Below the pieces are notes generated by a model. The model did no database searches. It was not told the origin of the DNA and saw only the letters and a list, made by a program, of their open reading frames with translations. From assembly GCA_025603075.1 (NCBI GenBank), contig MU626419.1:1-44734 (forward strand): 44,734 nt of DNA, in the 5' to 3' direction. Source of the stretch: Neoconidiobolus thromboides FSU 785. Its lineage: Eukaryota > Fungi > Entomophthoromycota. How positions within the stretch are numbered: the first letter of the stretch is position 1; every line of letters starts with the position of its first letter. Made by a program: the position numbers and the translations under genes. Shown here one piece after another: positions 1-13,197 of the stretch.

Positions 1-1119
1 TGAATGATAGAAACAGATTGTTAAATGTTAAGATTACTTAAGTTATTGATAGTTAAGTTAATAAACAGTCAAAGAACAAGTAACTGTAATAATATGTAAA
101 AACTATTATTACTTGTACTATATAGGGATAATTAATTATAGTTTTGGGGCTAACCACTTCTTCCCATGCAGCTATTTATTAACTTAGCAATATATTAATA
201 ATGTAATTATAACATTAAAATAGTTTATTTATTTGATAATAAATCTACAATGTTGGTTATAAAGCAGTTGATAATAAATATTTCTCAATTAAGCTTTATA
301 AGAACATGTATTTAAGATCTAGTAGAAACTCAACTAACTTACAGTATGAGCTATAATAGAATAATTTAGAACTGTGTCTGGGTACTTTTGCTTTAATAAA
401 GATATGATTTTATGGAATTTTAAGCGAAGTTTTTAAAATACAAAATTTTTCAAAAATTGGATAAAATAATGAAATTAATTCAGACAACCCCATATTTAAA
501 ATTTCAATTTAAGTTTTTTAGTTTCATTTTTTATGTGTAATGTTTATTATATTATAAATTTAATTTTCTTCTTTATTATAACAGCTTGTATCAATTTTTC
601 TTTAATTTATTATTTTTTATATTTTACTTTCACTAAACTTTAAACATGCTTATTTTAAAAGTGCTTTTTTGATATTTTATAAAAAATACATATAGTTATA
701 AATTAAGGTTTTATATTTGATATACTTTTATAAGTATGATATATTTTTAGTGCTTTTTTAAGCCTGTTTTTAAACAAAAATACTTTTAGGTTTATATACA
801 TATCATTTTAATGTTTTTGTTTTATTATTATTTAATAAAATAACTGAGCTTTAAGTAAATTTTTAAAAATGTAATTATAATTTAATACAATTAGCTATAG
901 CTTAGTTAAAATTATTAATATTTAAGTTTTTACCCACTTTTTTGAATAAAATGACGAGATGGTGTCATAAAACGTTTTTAAATATTTCAACTAAGTCATT
1001 TTTAAAGTTGTTGTTTTGAAGAAAACAAATTTTAGAAAATCTAATAAACAGCCGAGCTAAAGTTAGTTTAAATAAAAATATTATAAGTTTTTGTTTTCTA
1101 TATTTTAAATCTTAATATA

Positions 1120-1219
1120 TGGGGATGTATTTTCATGACTAAGAGTTCTATTAATAATTTTTCCACTTGAATAGTGCTTAAAAGATATAAAAAGTGACGA
1201 AGCCAAAAAAACATCCCCA
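1120..1219 (+). mobile_element. ~100 bp MITE copy 1
   Basis: TA-TGGGGATGTATTTT...TTCCACTTGAATAGTGCTTAAAA...AAAAAAACATCCCCA-TA; terminal inverted repeats with flanking TA. Strand labels for this family follow my consensus orientation. Confidence 0.9.
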
Positions 1220-1845
1220 TATATATAGATTTGAATAAGAAAACCAATGTGAGGGGGGGGGACAAACGATTTAAACTCTCATTGATCTATTTATTTAATA
1301 TGTATTGCGAGATATTTTTATTAGTTTATTAATTATGTTTTAACTTAATATTAATATTAATATTATAGATTCACTCTAAAAGATATTATTATATAGACTT
1401 ATTCAAACATAACTAATTATTTTATTAGGATGCTCCAATTACTCTAAGATGATGGCTTCAACAAACTTGGTGATCTCAACTTTGATCTATATAGCGTAGG
1501 ATCCATTGTTATTAAGCTCTTATAGTGTGCCCATTTACATCTTTTACTTTATAGTGTCGAAGCCAGTAGACTACTCCTGTCACTGACTTAGATAAAGTCT
1601 TTATATATAACAAATTTAAAATTTTTATCTAAGGAGAATTAATTTTCGATATAATTTAGTTAATAATTTAATTATGAATTGCTATAGGCTATTTTTTTAC
1701 ACTGTTTTTTTAGTAGTTGCGTTGCCCATTTGCTATCACAGCACAATCATCCAATTTAGAAGGAGTTTCTTTAGGCAAAAGTGGATATAAAAGAGAAATC
1801 ATAAGCACTAGTTTTTTATGTCCAATTATATTTCAAATCACAATG

Positions 1846-1943
1846 TGGGGATGTGTTTTTTTGTTAAGAATTTTACTAATAATTTCTCTGCTCAAATAGT
1901 GCTTAAAAATGGAAAAAGTAATATAATCAAAAAAACGACCTTA
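1846..1943 (+). mobile_element. MITE copy 2 (right end decayed)
   Basis: TGGGGATGTGTTTTTTTGTTAAGAATTTTACTAAT...CTCAAATAGTGCTTAAAAATGGAAAAAGTAAT matches the family core. Confidence 0.85.
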
Positions 1944-2271
1944 TATGTGTAAAAATATACATATTATAATTAACTTTGAACTTTTATAAATCTTTTTAAC
2001 TGATCATTCATATCATTATAAAGTAGTTACAATGAATTGTATATTACGAATATATTTCTTACTTTGTTATCTATTTGAATACGATTATTGCCAAAACGCT
2101 TTTACTATTATTACATCAAAATATTTTCCATTTATCAACAGTATATTTGGATTATTTGCGTTTGAGAATACAAAAAAATAATTGACAAATTACTTTGCAA
2201 CAGAGTAATTGAATACTTAGTTTTATAAATCAATATGAATATAATAAATAAAATAAAAATAAAATAATAAT

Positions 2272-3330
2272 TTATTGATAATTAATAAACCAAGAGATAG
2301 CAGGTTCAATATGATCCTGTTTAATTGTACTTTTTTTAGCACCAAGGAAACCAGCAATAAAATTCATTTGAAATTTTTCAGCATGATAATTCCAAACAAA
2401 TGGAGTTTTTGTAAAACCAGCTGGTATTTGATTATAGGTAGTACCTGAAAACATATTACCTTCCTCTTTCCAATTCATAAAATCATTTTTGATATATTCA
2501 TTATCGGATTGTAAATAAGGATAGAATACATTAATCCAACCTGAAATAAATGGACCCCCTGAACCACCTTCCGGTTTATATAATTTAGTCCAAAAATCAT
2601 TATCAATAGTATCTTGTTTAGCTTGAATAAATTGATTCAATACTGGTATTAATTCCTTTTTCCAAAATTTCAAATCCTCAAACTTACTTAATAAAGTTTG
2701 ACTTCGTTGTAATAAATCTTTCCAATCTTCAATGGTACCTAATAAACTAATTTCTGGTATACCACATCTTGTGGTTACTGAATAAGTAAAATAGTTCTTA
2801 TATAAATCCATAATAGTTAAAGAAGTAACTGCAATAGCTAATTCATCTGAGGTCGAAAATGGTTTGTTAAGTAAACTACTTAAATCATTACTAACTTTTG
2901 TATTAATAATATCTACAAATTCAGGAAATAATTGTTGCCAATTGTTATTTCCACCTAAAATAAAATTATCTCTTCTAATGTCAATATTTTCCTGACCTGA
3001 ATGTTGAATACCTAATGTTTGTTTATATTTTTCACCATTTAAATTTACATGAATAGCTAATGCTTGTAAAATAACAATCCATAAATGATGAGGTGCTAAA
3101 GTTAAACCATGATGTTGGTCGTAAGCTAAGTGAATGGTTTCAGCAAATCCATTTAAACTTAAATAAGGATGTTTGTTATGTTGTATAATATTTGATTGAT
3201 CGAAAGCTTCAAATTTATTCTTTTTAAAAGAATCATTTTGTTGAATTCTTTCTTTAATTGATATCAAATCATATTTCTTAGTGGACTCTAATGAAACTTC
3301 ATTACTTGTTTTAATTACTTTAATATCCAT
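2272..3330 (-). CDS. DUF4419-family protein, 352 aa, intronless
   Basis: Recognised motifs HHGLTLAPHHLWIVILQ..HVNLN, TRCGIPEISLLGTIEDW, GGSGGPFISGWINVFYPY. Confidence 0.85.
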   Translation of the reverse strand: MDIKVIKTSNEVSLESTKKYDLISIKERIQQNDSFKKNKFEAFDQSNIIQHNKHPYLSLNGFAETIHLAYDQHHGLTLAPHHLWIVILQALAIHVNLNGEKYKQTLGIQHSGQENIDIRRDNFILGGNNNWQQLFPEFVDIINTKVSNDLSSLLNKPFSTSDELAIAVTSLTIMDLYKNYFTYSVTTRCGIPEISLLGTIEDWKDLLQRSQTLLSKFEDLKFWKKELIPVLNQFIQAKQDTIDNDFWTKLYKPEGGSGGPFISGWINVFYPYLQSDNEYIKNDFMNWKEEGNMFSGTTYNQIPAGFTKTPFVWNYHAEKFQMNFIAGFLGAKKSTIKQDHIEPAISWFINYQ

Positions 3331-3915
3331 TTGTCTTTTTATTTTAAAAAAAAGATAAATTTAATTGAAATAAAGTTTACTATCTTTAAAAATTCTTTAT
3401 AAAATTTAAAAAAGTGATGTCATTATAGCTTTCGTAAGCATTTTTAATAGCAATGACTTTATTGGCCAATTAATTTCTATCAAATTTAGTATCAATGTTT
3501 GCATAAAAGACACTAAATCATATTTATTTAAATAAAATAAAATAAAATAAAAATAAAATACTTAAACATTATAAAATATAATTAATAAATATAATTAAAG
3601 ACGTCTAATATGATCCATTTTAGAAATTAATATTAGTTATTTAAATAAGGTATGTAAAATTATTAAATAATATTTTTTAAATTTTAGATTTTCAAATATT
3701 TTATTTTTTGTGGTAAATCAATTAGTTTCACATCTTTTAAGAATAAAAACTAGAACAAATCAATTTTATTTTAAATTTAGTTTAACCCGATATCACTTCT
3801 TTTAATGAAATTTAATTAAAAAATCAAAAAGAATTTAGGAGTTTTAATCCGATATGTTGAAGATATAAATGAAGAATGTAAACGAATAAACAACAAAAAC
3901 TAAAACCAATATACT

Positions 3916-5592
3916 ATGATTGTAACTATAACTTTATTTTTACTTTTATCTCTCTTGTTCCTTTGGGCTTATAAAGTAACATTATAATATATATTATTTA
4001 AAAATTTAATCCATTTAGGTTTATTATTATCTTAATATCAGTCCATTGAAAGATATACCTGGGCCATTATTGTTATTACTCTTTCCACAACTGGACGACG
4101 TGTTAACTTTAGATTTCAAGGCTTATCAACGTTATGATAAATACCACAAGAAATATGGTCCAATAGTAAGAGTTGGTAAGGAATTTCATAGCTAATCAAA
4201 TCAATAAATTAAATGAAACATAGGATGGACTAAAGTAATTATATCAACTGAAGAAGGTGTTGAAAAAATATATTTAGATCCTAATTGTATTAAAGGCAGC
4301 TTTTATAAAAAAGTGCAAAAATTGTTAAAAAATTTATTTTCTATGACGGATAAACAAGAGCATAAAAAAAGAAAAAAGATATTGATGCCTTCATTTTCCC
4401 TCACTTTTATTAAAACAGTTGAATATAAAGTGATTGATGGTGGCATTAATCCATTGATTAAAACAATCCATGAGAAACTTGAAACAGATTCTACAATCGA
4501 TTTATTAGGATTATTTAAATTAACTACTTTAGATATTATCGGTGTTGTTAGTTTTGGAAAAAGTTTTAATGCCCTTAAAACTGGTAAAGCAGAGATTCAA
4601 GATTGGTTAAACAAAGGCTTTATTTATTTTTTCATTGCTGAAGCAATTCTGTTTCTTAAATTATTTCCCAATATTTATTATAGGAAAGTAATGACTTTTG
4701 CTTTAAATTGTGTTAAAGAAGCTAAGGAAATTAAGAAAGAAGATACTGTTTTAAACTCTTTAATTGAAGCGATAAACTCAGAAACTAATGAAAAATTAAG
4801 TGATTACGAACTTGCTAGTGAAGCATTATCTCAAATGTAATACAAATTAATCAGATTCTAAAGCTTATTAATCTAATTTCAATAGTGTTGCTGGTTCAGA
4901 TTCCACTGCTAATGCCTTGACTTGGTAATATTAAATTATAAAACAAACAAAATGAAACTTGCTAACTTTTATTAAAGGTTCTTCTATCTCTTATTGAAGA
5001 ATCCAGCTAAGTTGGAAGTTTTATCAAATGAAATTAATCAAAAAGTGAATGAGGAAAAGGATATAAGTAAAATTAATCGAAGTGAAATGAAATATCTTAA
5101 AGCATGTATTAAAGAAAGTATGCGCTTAATTTCAGGGGTTCCAGATGTTTTATGGAGACTTATACCTAAGAATGGTAAAGTAATTGAAGGTTATTATTTA
5201 CCTGAAGGAACTGAAGTAGGATCCAATGCACACACTTTACATACTAGTGAATCATTATGGGGTCAAGATGCAAATGAATTTAAACCAGAAAGATGGATCA
5301 AACATAATCAATTGATAGCAAACAACAGTAAATTTATACCATTTTCAGTGGGCAACCGAGCATGTATTGGAAGAAAGTGAGTATTTATTGAACTATTATT
5401 TTAATTGCTTTCATTAATTGGTCGGTTTTTAGTCTCGCCCAAACTATGATGGAACTTATAATTATTCATTTACTCACTAATTTCGAACTTGAATTGCTAT
5501 CTAAAGATTATACTTTGACTCCTCAAACACTCTCTTTTACTGCACCTAAAGAGGGTTGCTTCAATGTTAAATTTAAAGTAAAAGTAGTATAA
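3916..5592 (+). CDS. Cytochrome P450, 6 exons by manual splicing
   Basis: N-terminal membrane anchor MIVTITLFLLLSLLFLWAY, IPGP hinge, KYGPIVRVG, I-helix AGSDSTA, ExxR (ESMR), PERW, heme motif FSVGNRACIG. Short GT-AG introns join ORFs 4313..4840 and 4994..5380; stop TAA at 5590-5592. Confidence 0.93.
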
Positions 5593-5700
5593 TCTGTTAA
5601 ATAGATATGATTATCTGTTGAGTTTATTTTTCATTTAAATAAACTAGCTTAGTAATAAGCAATAAACCTAACTTATGATAAGATACTGTAACCCATTTAT

Positions 5701-6349
5701 TTAAATTAATTTTTTAATATTAACACGATATAATAAGGATAGAATAGAGAGGGCCAACAATACAAACATCCAAGCATGTGGACCAATAATCCTTTCTAGC
5801 CAACTGCTTTGTAATCCAGTAATATAAGTGATACATAATAATAAATATAACAAATAACCAAACATTCGATGAAAATAAATTGCTTTTTTAATCATTGGTT
5901 TATCTAAAACATTTGGGAAATAAATTGAAAAGGAACCAAATGCAATAACTGGGAAGGTGCTTAATATTACAACAAGACCTAAAAACCCATGCCATGAAGT
6001 AAAATGTTGAGCACCTCGATGAAATTTGTGATAATAAACAGCAATAAAACCAAGTAATTGTAATACTACCGAAATTAAATGAAATAATTGATGCAAAATA
6101 ACAGATCGTTCTTTATTAGCTTTATTCTTTGGTTTTTGTAATCGAGAAATCGCTAATTAAGTTAGTTAAACTGATCAATAAAAAAATATCATAAATTGTT
6201 AACTTACCATAAGTATGAAAAGTGAAATATAAGGTCATTAAAAGTGGATGCCAATTAAAGATAAGCCATATATCTTGTTTTAAAGTGATATATAAAAAAG
6301 ATAAGCATAAACTTATACTTCCTAATAGTATCACTAGGCTACTAACCAT
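5701..6349 (-). CDS. Cytochrome b561-family membrane protein, 2 exons
   Basis: FNWHPLLMTL exon joined through a GTAAG..ctaac..TAG intron to AISRLQKPKNK..LHQLFH..HFTSWHGFLG..FHRMFG; four heme-ligand His positions in transmembrane helices. Confidence 0.88.
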
Positions 6350-7089
6350 TATAAAAGATCAAGTAAAGAATTTTGAAAAATCATTTCATTTTTCATTACT
6401 TTTAAATAGGCTTTTGATTGGATTAGATAATGATGTTAATTTTGGTTAGAATGAGGTATAATCTAAAATTTTAAAAGCCAATCAATTCAGCGGACCTTGA
6501 CCATTTGCTACCTCCCTTAAATTTTGAGTGTTAGGGAGATGTCTTTGACTTTATTTTTTTGCTCATTTTCTATACTTAATAAATTTTAAAAATATAAACA
6601 GCAGCAAAAAACATAATCCACATTGAAAAGCCAATATCTTTATTAAAATAAGAATATTTTATAATGGTTTTATAATTTCTTCAAATAATAGACTTATGAG
6701 TACGAAATGATACTATAAATGATCTTATTTTTATTTCATTTATTATACTATTAGATACAAAAAACAAAAAGTGCTAACAATTTTTTTATTATGATTAGTT
6801 CTACCAAAGTCCTTATTTTCAGATTTAAAATATTTTCATATTGTTTCTTGAGTTCAAAATAAATTTCAATGGGAATACAAATAATGTAACGAAATAATAA
6901 CAAAAGGAAACTCAAATGTGGTGTCAAATTCAAAAATAAATGTAAGAATAGGGAGTAGAGTAGATGTAATAAAATTAAAATTAGATGGCATTAGTCGTAC
7001 ATTAAATAATATGTTTAAGCAGCTAGATTCTCATTCAAACCTATAATTTAAAGAAAGAATAAATGTCAATAGTTTTAATACTTGGTAAT

Positions 7090-8500
7090 ATTTAATTTTT
7101 GGAATATCTAAAATGGGTTGGAAAGGAATTCTAAATAGTAAATTAATAAAAGAGTCATAGCAATGATGAAATCTAGAAAAAAAATTTCTAGCTTGAGATT
7201 ATATTGTAGAAGAGTTTCAAAACTAATATCATTTCGTCACTTTTGATAGGAAGCATAATATTGAGAAGCATTAATGGAATAAAAACAAACCAGGCTTGTG
7301 GTCATTTTTAGAATATAATTCAATTTTTTCATCAATGTTGTAGATCCATGTAATGTATAATCTGATGAACTTAATTTAAGGGTAGTTTTAACAAAGAAAG
7401 TGCCAAATGTTCTATCTTATACCTTAATTGCTTTCTTCGTTTGCTTTGTTCTTCCATGAGATAGTATAACTCATAGTCAGATCTATAGGAAAACTTTACA
7501 GACAATAAAAGTGACTTTGACGCAATCCTACTCTGATCCTGACTATAACTATATGGTAACTTTGGGATTATTGTCTTATGTTAGTTTATTTTATTCAGTT
7601 ATAATCTTTCTAGACGATATTTTTAGATGCTATAAGAATGGCTCAATGTTTAGAGTATAATATAAACAATGATTTATTTGATGCTTTAAATGGTATGGAC
7701 ACAAGACAAAATGAACTGCTGCAAGGTAGGAGAACATGGAAAATTATTCAACTTACCTATTTCATTATACCACTTTATCCATCAGATGTACTTTTCATCA
7801 AATTTTAAATGAGGATCTCTTGCGTCGTTTTATAGAAAACTTGAGCAGATGTAATAATAGCAAAGAAAGATGCCATAAGGCCATGGATAAGTACCCATAC
7901 TTGTATGCTAAACATTTTATTGAAGTGGATATAAAAATATTGACTCACATACAAAAAGTAAAGGAGGCTTATAAAGTATATAAGGATTACTATAATATAC
8001 CTATCACTAATTTATTATTGCTTTAAAAGGAATTTATGAACTGTTTGAGTATATTAATAATTTAATTCAAGGCCAAAAAATTAGTAAAAGGCGAAATTGA
8101 ATATAGTAGAAAGGAATTAGAAGAAAGAATAAATGATTATGAATTTAATTCTAAAAGACACCTTAAAGTATTGATTCGTCATGTTATTATTACACTTTAC
8201 TATTCACCTGCTATGGTTGATCTGTAACCTGTTTGATTTACAAATCTAGAATTAAAACTAGTGTTTAACAATGGTAGTCAAGTTATTATATATTGTTTAA
8301 ACAGAAGGTTAGATAAAAGATTGAACCGTAGAAATTTTACTAAGATACGTCAATTCAACCCCAAGCATAAATTTCAGTCCAATATTAAGTACCTTTTTAT
8401 TATTAAATATGTTATTGCTTTTTCACTCATTAATTTGCTACGTCAAGGGTCAATTTTGCATCATGATAATATATATAGTGAATCAAAACAAAATGTATCT
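7090..8500 (+). pseudogene. Probable decayed fungal-specific transcription factor domain gene
   Basis: Broken frames give FFINVVDP (~7325), LDAIRMAQCLEY..GRRTWKII (7623-7750, cf. AIRMAQxLGLH..RRRTWW) and RHVIITLYYSP (~8177), with many stops and frameshifts. No Zn2Cys6 cluster found. Confidence 0.4.
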
Positions 8501-8750
8501 TATTAATCAAAGAACTTAATGAAGTGTCTAAATTTAACAATAAACGCCATGTCAAAGATCCTATTATTGGCTTAAATCAAATCAAACGTTACATCCACCA
8601 GTTTCAATTACCTCTGAATTTAATACAAGAAATGGCTGTGTTACTTAAATTAATATTTTTGATATTATTAAAATAAAAGTGAACTGTGTGTTAACTTTGT
8701 CAAAAAAATTATTTATATATTGGTTATCATTACCTTTCAAAATATACATA

Positions 8751-8849
8751 TGTGAATACTCTTTTTTGTTTAAGAAATTTACTAACCCTTTTTCCATCCA
8801 ATAGCACTTAAAAAACTAAAAAAAAGATGATACTAGAAAGACACCTTTA
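8751..8849 (+). mobile_element. MITE copy 3 (degenerate)
   Basis: TA-TGTGAATACTCTTTTTTGTTTAAGAAATTTACTAAC..TTTTCCATCCAATAGCACTTAAAA..ACACCTTTA-TA. Confidence 0.75.
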
Positions 8850-9045
8850 TATTGTATGTTTGATATTGAAAGTTTTTATTTGATAAAATTTAGTTAAGAT
8901 AGGTTATTAAAAAACCAAATTATTGTTATAATATAACTCAACATTAGTTAAACACAGATCTAGAATAAATGCGTGCATTATTTTCAATAAGAATTTGATA
9001 AATTATCAATACAGATATTCTTTTCACAAGCGAAGAAATAGCATA

Positions 9046-9136
9046 TGCGGATATATTTTTCTGTTTAAGGATTTTATTAACAATCTTTCTGCTCAAATAG
9101 TGCTTAAAAAGTGATGAAATTAAAAATATATTTCTA
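9046..9136 (+). mobile_element. MITE copy 4 (short internal deletion)
   Basis: TA-TGCGGATATATTTTTCTGTTTAAGGATTTTATTAACAATC..CTCAAATAGTGCTTAAAAAGTGATGAAA. Confidence 0.8.
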
Positions 9137-9602
9137 TACAATATTAGTACTTTAACTAATTTCCCAAACTTTCCCTTCTTACTAGTGATACTTATATTTT
9201 TAAAATATTTAATAGCTTTTGGTGTTATTTAAACAAATTTAATCATTTAAATCAATTCAATCATTTGAGCCAATATTACAATATTCATTATACAAAAATT
9301 AATCTGTTTAAACTTTGATAACTAAACCACAGTCAAATCTTATATAAATATTTATAAATTATTTAAAAATGAGTTAAACTCGACTTGATCTTTTTTGAGC
9401 CTAAAGTATAAATCATTAATTTCAATCTAATTTTTGCAGCCTGATAATCAACTTACTGTGTCACTCATTCTCAGTATTAGGATTTGTCAGTCTTCTGTTA
9501 CTTTTTTTTCTAAATTTTATTACTACAGTTTTTAATATTTTAATAAACAAAACATTATGTTATTAGGCAAAAATAAAAAATAAATAAAATGTTTATAATA
9601 TA

Positions 9603-9700
9603 TGTGGATGTATTTTTTCGTTCAAGAATTTTGCTAACAATCTTTCCACTAAAATAGCGCTAAAAATGGAAAAAGTAATGAAGACAAAAAAACATCCCCA
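9603..9700 (+). mobile_element. MITE copy 5
   Basis: TA-TGTGGATGTATTTTTT...AATAGCGCTAAAAATGGAAAAAGTAATGAA..AAAAAAACATCCCCA-TA. Confidence 0.9.
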
Positions 9701-10630
9701 TATAATTTAAATAAAAAGTTATAAAAGATCATTCATATTTCAAATAATTCATTTGACTCAAGCTTATAAGATTGAATCTATTAGTTTTACTTTACACTTA
9801 ATGTTTATGACATTATGGCCTCTATTAATTATAAAAATAAATCAATGTGAACCGGGACAGAGCTGAATAATGAGAGCTCCTACTAATTTAAAATAGTAAA
9901 TTATGGGGTCTAAACTGTTCCTGGTATTAAATATTAAAAAATAATTTATATGTGGTATGTACTTACAAAATCAACTGAAAAGCGTTTATTCTGCTACTAT
10001 ATTTTAATACCAATGATTACGAAGGTTTAACCTACTACTATGTTACTCAGACTAGCTTAAGAATTAGGTTAAATCAAATTAGATTCTCATAGATAGTTTC
10101 AAACAGAAGCCATAAGAAATAAATAAAACGGAGCCTATTTTTTGAAGTAAAACCCATCAACTTTACAAGTTTATATCATCTAGTAGTTTTTGTCTTTTTT
10201 GAATTACTGAAATTATAGTTTTTACCAGAAAAAAGACCAAATTGTATATTAACACAGTGTTATATTACTTTTAGAGATTATTTCGCCCCATTAGGAATTT
10301 GGTGTCTTTAATTAATATCTTGTTCATTTTAAACAGTTAAAGATAAGAGGTTTACAGCTAGACTTTTAAGGGAAACAATGCATCTCCAAATTGATTAATC
10401 AAATGTTAATTCTAAAATAAGAACAATAAAAATGACATTTTTATACTAATAAATCCTTCCTTCTTTAGTATTTAATTTCATATTCGTTTAACTTTTAAAT
10501 GTTATTGAATATATATTACTTCAGATACTGCTACAAACTCGTAGAAAAGGCGTCAAACTAAAAAATAAACTAAGTTTTTTTACCAAATTAAAATTTATTA
10601 CTACACGAATACAATTACCCATTGGCACTC

Positions 10631-11206
10631 CTAAAGTTTCTCGAATACTAATTTGAGGCTACCAGCCTCCTTAATTAAGCGATATCTTTCCAATACATAC
10701 GATTCATACATTTTGGAGGCAAGTTGCATGGCCTTGATGTGACTAGGTTTATAATGGGCTAACTTTGCCCATTCACGATTTGCCCATACACACATGGCTA
10801 AACATTCATTATTTTGATTTAGTGAAGCATACCAATACTTCAATAAACCACCCGAATTTTTAGCTTCTTCGTGGGCAAGAGCATCAGCGGTGTATAACTC
10901 TTCACTATTTGCATCTTTATTTCGAATGGATCGAAAAACAACAATATACCAAGAACCAGTCTCGTTTAAATTCAAATTTTCAGCAACTTGAGACCAATTG
11001 AAACTAGTAGTTATTGCTTCATGGATAAAGTCGTCAGTAATGCAAGTTAGCTCATCCAATATCTGTTCAAATTTGGTGTCAATGTCGCGTAAGACTAATT
11101 GACTAGCATCAATTCCTTTTGGTACTAATGAGTGGTTCAATTTCTTTAAACCTTTAGTATCATCTTTGATAAGATTATCAGATCTAAATGAAATATCCTT
11201 TAACAT
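10631..11206 (-). CDS. UPF0643-like conserved fungal protein (dimeric alpha-beta barrel type), 191 aa, intronless
   Basis: Motifs WYIVVFRS..ADALAHEEA..SGGLLKYWY..CLAMCVW..HIKAM..MYESYVLERY recognised from memory of the fungal UPF0643 family. Confidence 0.7.
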   Translation of the reverse strand: MLKDISFRSDNLIKDDTKGLKKLNHSLVPKGIDASQLVLRDIDTKFEQILDELTCITDDFIHEAITTSFNWSQVAENLNLNETGSWYIVVFRSIRNKDANSEELYTADALAHEEAKNSGGLLKYWYASLNQNNECLAMCVWANREWAKLAHYKPSHIKAMQLASKMYESYVLERYRLIKEAGSLKLVFEKL

Positions 11207-11760
11207 TATATTAAGAAATAAATTAACAGTTCTAAACTTTAAAAATTAAAAATAGTAAGAACAAAATAAAAAGTTAAATATTACTGCTTCTCCACTTTTA
11301 TACCTGTCAAACTTCAATTTTTAGAGAATGCTAATAATTTGTGACTATTGCTAAATAGTCATTTAAAATTAAAAATCACTTTCCCCTCTTTATGCTAAAT
11401 TTTATTTCCCAGCCCTTCATCTATGGGGTGACCTACTTTATAACTTGGGTTTATTATGCCATTTTAGTTTCGAATTTGAAATTTTAGCCTAATTTTAAAA
11501 AGTAATTAATTAAATTAATATCACTTAGTTCTTTAAATTTCGGATACTAAACATTAACTCTAATATTAATTTCTTATCATCTATTATACTCAAGATAATC
11601 TCTTAATTCTAATGAAATAAAAATTTAATTAAATTTAATATCAATACTGATATTAATACTAAACTAGTGATTAAATTCTATTTATGCAAGAGTGATGAAT
11701 AATAATACAATTAAATGGTGTAATTTTTGAATTGTATAATCTAATTAAGCTACTAAATGA

Positions 11761-11793
11761 TTCAAATTCAAATTCAAATTCAAATTCAAATTC
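11761..11793. repeat. (TTCAAA)5 hexanucleotide microsatellite
   Basis: Direct reading: ttcaaattcaaattcaaattcaaattcaaattc. Confidence 0.9.
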
Positions 11794-13197
11794 CTAATTT
11801 TATAATATTTTTATTTTTTTGATTACCCCAGGTTGAAGTTTACTAAATCAAATAACTGATATTTTGTTATTATAATTTGTAAACTTTCTATTTTAGAGCC
11901 TACGTGCTTTAATCGATTTAAAATATTTAATCTAACATTAGTTTGATTGTACTTATTATTGGGTAATTTCTTTGGGGCTGATTTTATTACAATTCTTCCT
12001 CTATTGTTTTTATTAAGTTAACATCGCTCACCATTAGTTGGGAACAACATTGAGATACTATCGCTTTTAATGCTGATACAATGTATTTATATAAGTTCTA
12101 ACATGCACTTTAAAATTCTTTAATTAAAAAGTATAGTGACATATTTAGGTTTTAACGTATTTAGGATGTTTATTTGTGCTATATCAGTTTATATCAATTA
12201 AGTCGAAATTAAACGATGATTAGGTGGTTCCATCATATCGTTTATAACTCTTATTGTGATTTTTATATAAAAATGTAATAATACTATTATTAAAATAAAC
12301 ATTGAATATCTTATAATCGTTTTTTAATATTAATTGGAATCATTACTACTTTAAAATGTTAAAAATTAGTTGAGCGTGAATATTTTTAAATAATGTTTTA
12401 ATAAAATAGAAATACAATAAACATCTTATATCATTGTTGTTGTTTTATTGAAAATCGTTAACCTCTATTTTGAAACAACTAAAAATCTAATTTAGTCATC
12501 ATCGGTTTTTAAGTTATATTGTTATAACACTTTTTATAAAAAAATAAAAAAGCAATGCATCATACTATACAAATTCTTATTACTTTAAAGAATTAGCATT
12601 TTACATAACTTCTTGTATATATTTGATAAGAGAAAATAAAAGGTTCCCTGGTCATCTGAAGTTTTTAATCCTTCCCACAATTCCTACAAGCCTTCATATA
12701 ATCTAAAAGCTTATGATTAGTTCACCTTTTCTATACTAAACTATTGCCTAAAAACTCCTTAGTCGCTAACACATCAACTTTTGATTCACTCTATAGCTGA
12801 ATTTGATTATACAAAGCTGAATGATACTTAGTTTAACTTAATCTATCTAAATCAGAATTAAAATCAAAAGAATTTGTAATTTTTCTTATTATAGTACGGT
12901 TTATTAATCCTTTTCATTTCATTTCTTTTGTTCTTCCTTACCATAATAAACTCTAATCTATAGATTACTTTATTTTTTCTATACATAAAGCACTTGGGCA
13001 TTTATTAATTGATGTTTTTTTTTAAAATTGAGAAGGTTAATAGTTTTGATACAATGGATTTTTAGCTTTATTTGTAAAAGAATTTATTTTTTGTTCAGAA
13101 ATCTACATGAATTTATAGTAATCTTTAGATTTTTGAAAGGATTATTCAAAAGCAAATAAAGATGTCCTAATTGATTTCGTTTTTTATTGAGTTTTTA

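Noticed and set aside
1251-1261. G-rich tract gaggggggggg next to MITE copy 1
   Set aside because: Single homopolymer run; not enough G-tracts for a G-quadruplex and not repeated elsewhere.
1430-1620. Higher-GC coding-like patch (DDGFNKLGDLNFDLYSVG in one frame)
   Set aside because: Stops in all frames and no family I can name; kinase resemblance too weak.
1717-1899. Short ORFs at 1717, 8944, 13910, 31922 and 44200, which look like a small-protein family (8944, 13910 and 31922 share K(H/Y)YLS.KI)
   Set aside because: Each overlaps a MITE copy; the shared peptides are read-through of the repeat, with no common start or stop.
6222-6449. 75-aa plus-strand ORF
   Set aside because: Antisense shadow of cytochrome b561 exon 1.
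7736-8026. RCTFHQILN resembling the MULE/hAT CxxH motif
   Set aside because: No DDE context; an overlapping frame gives a better fungal transcription-factor motif.
9810-10400. Coding-like debris downstream of MITE copy 5
   Set aside because: No recognisable motif and stops in all frames.
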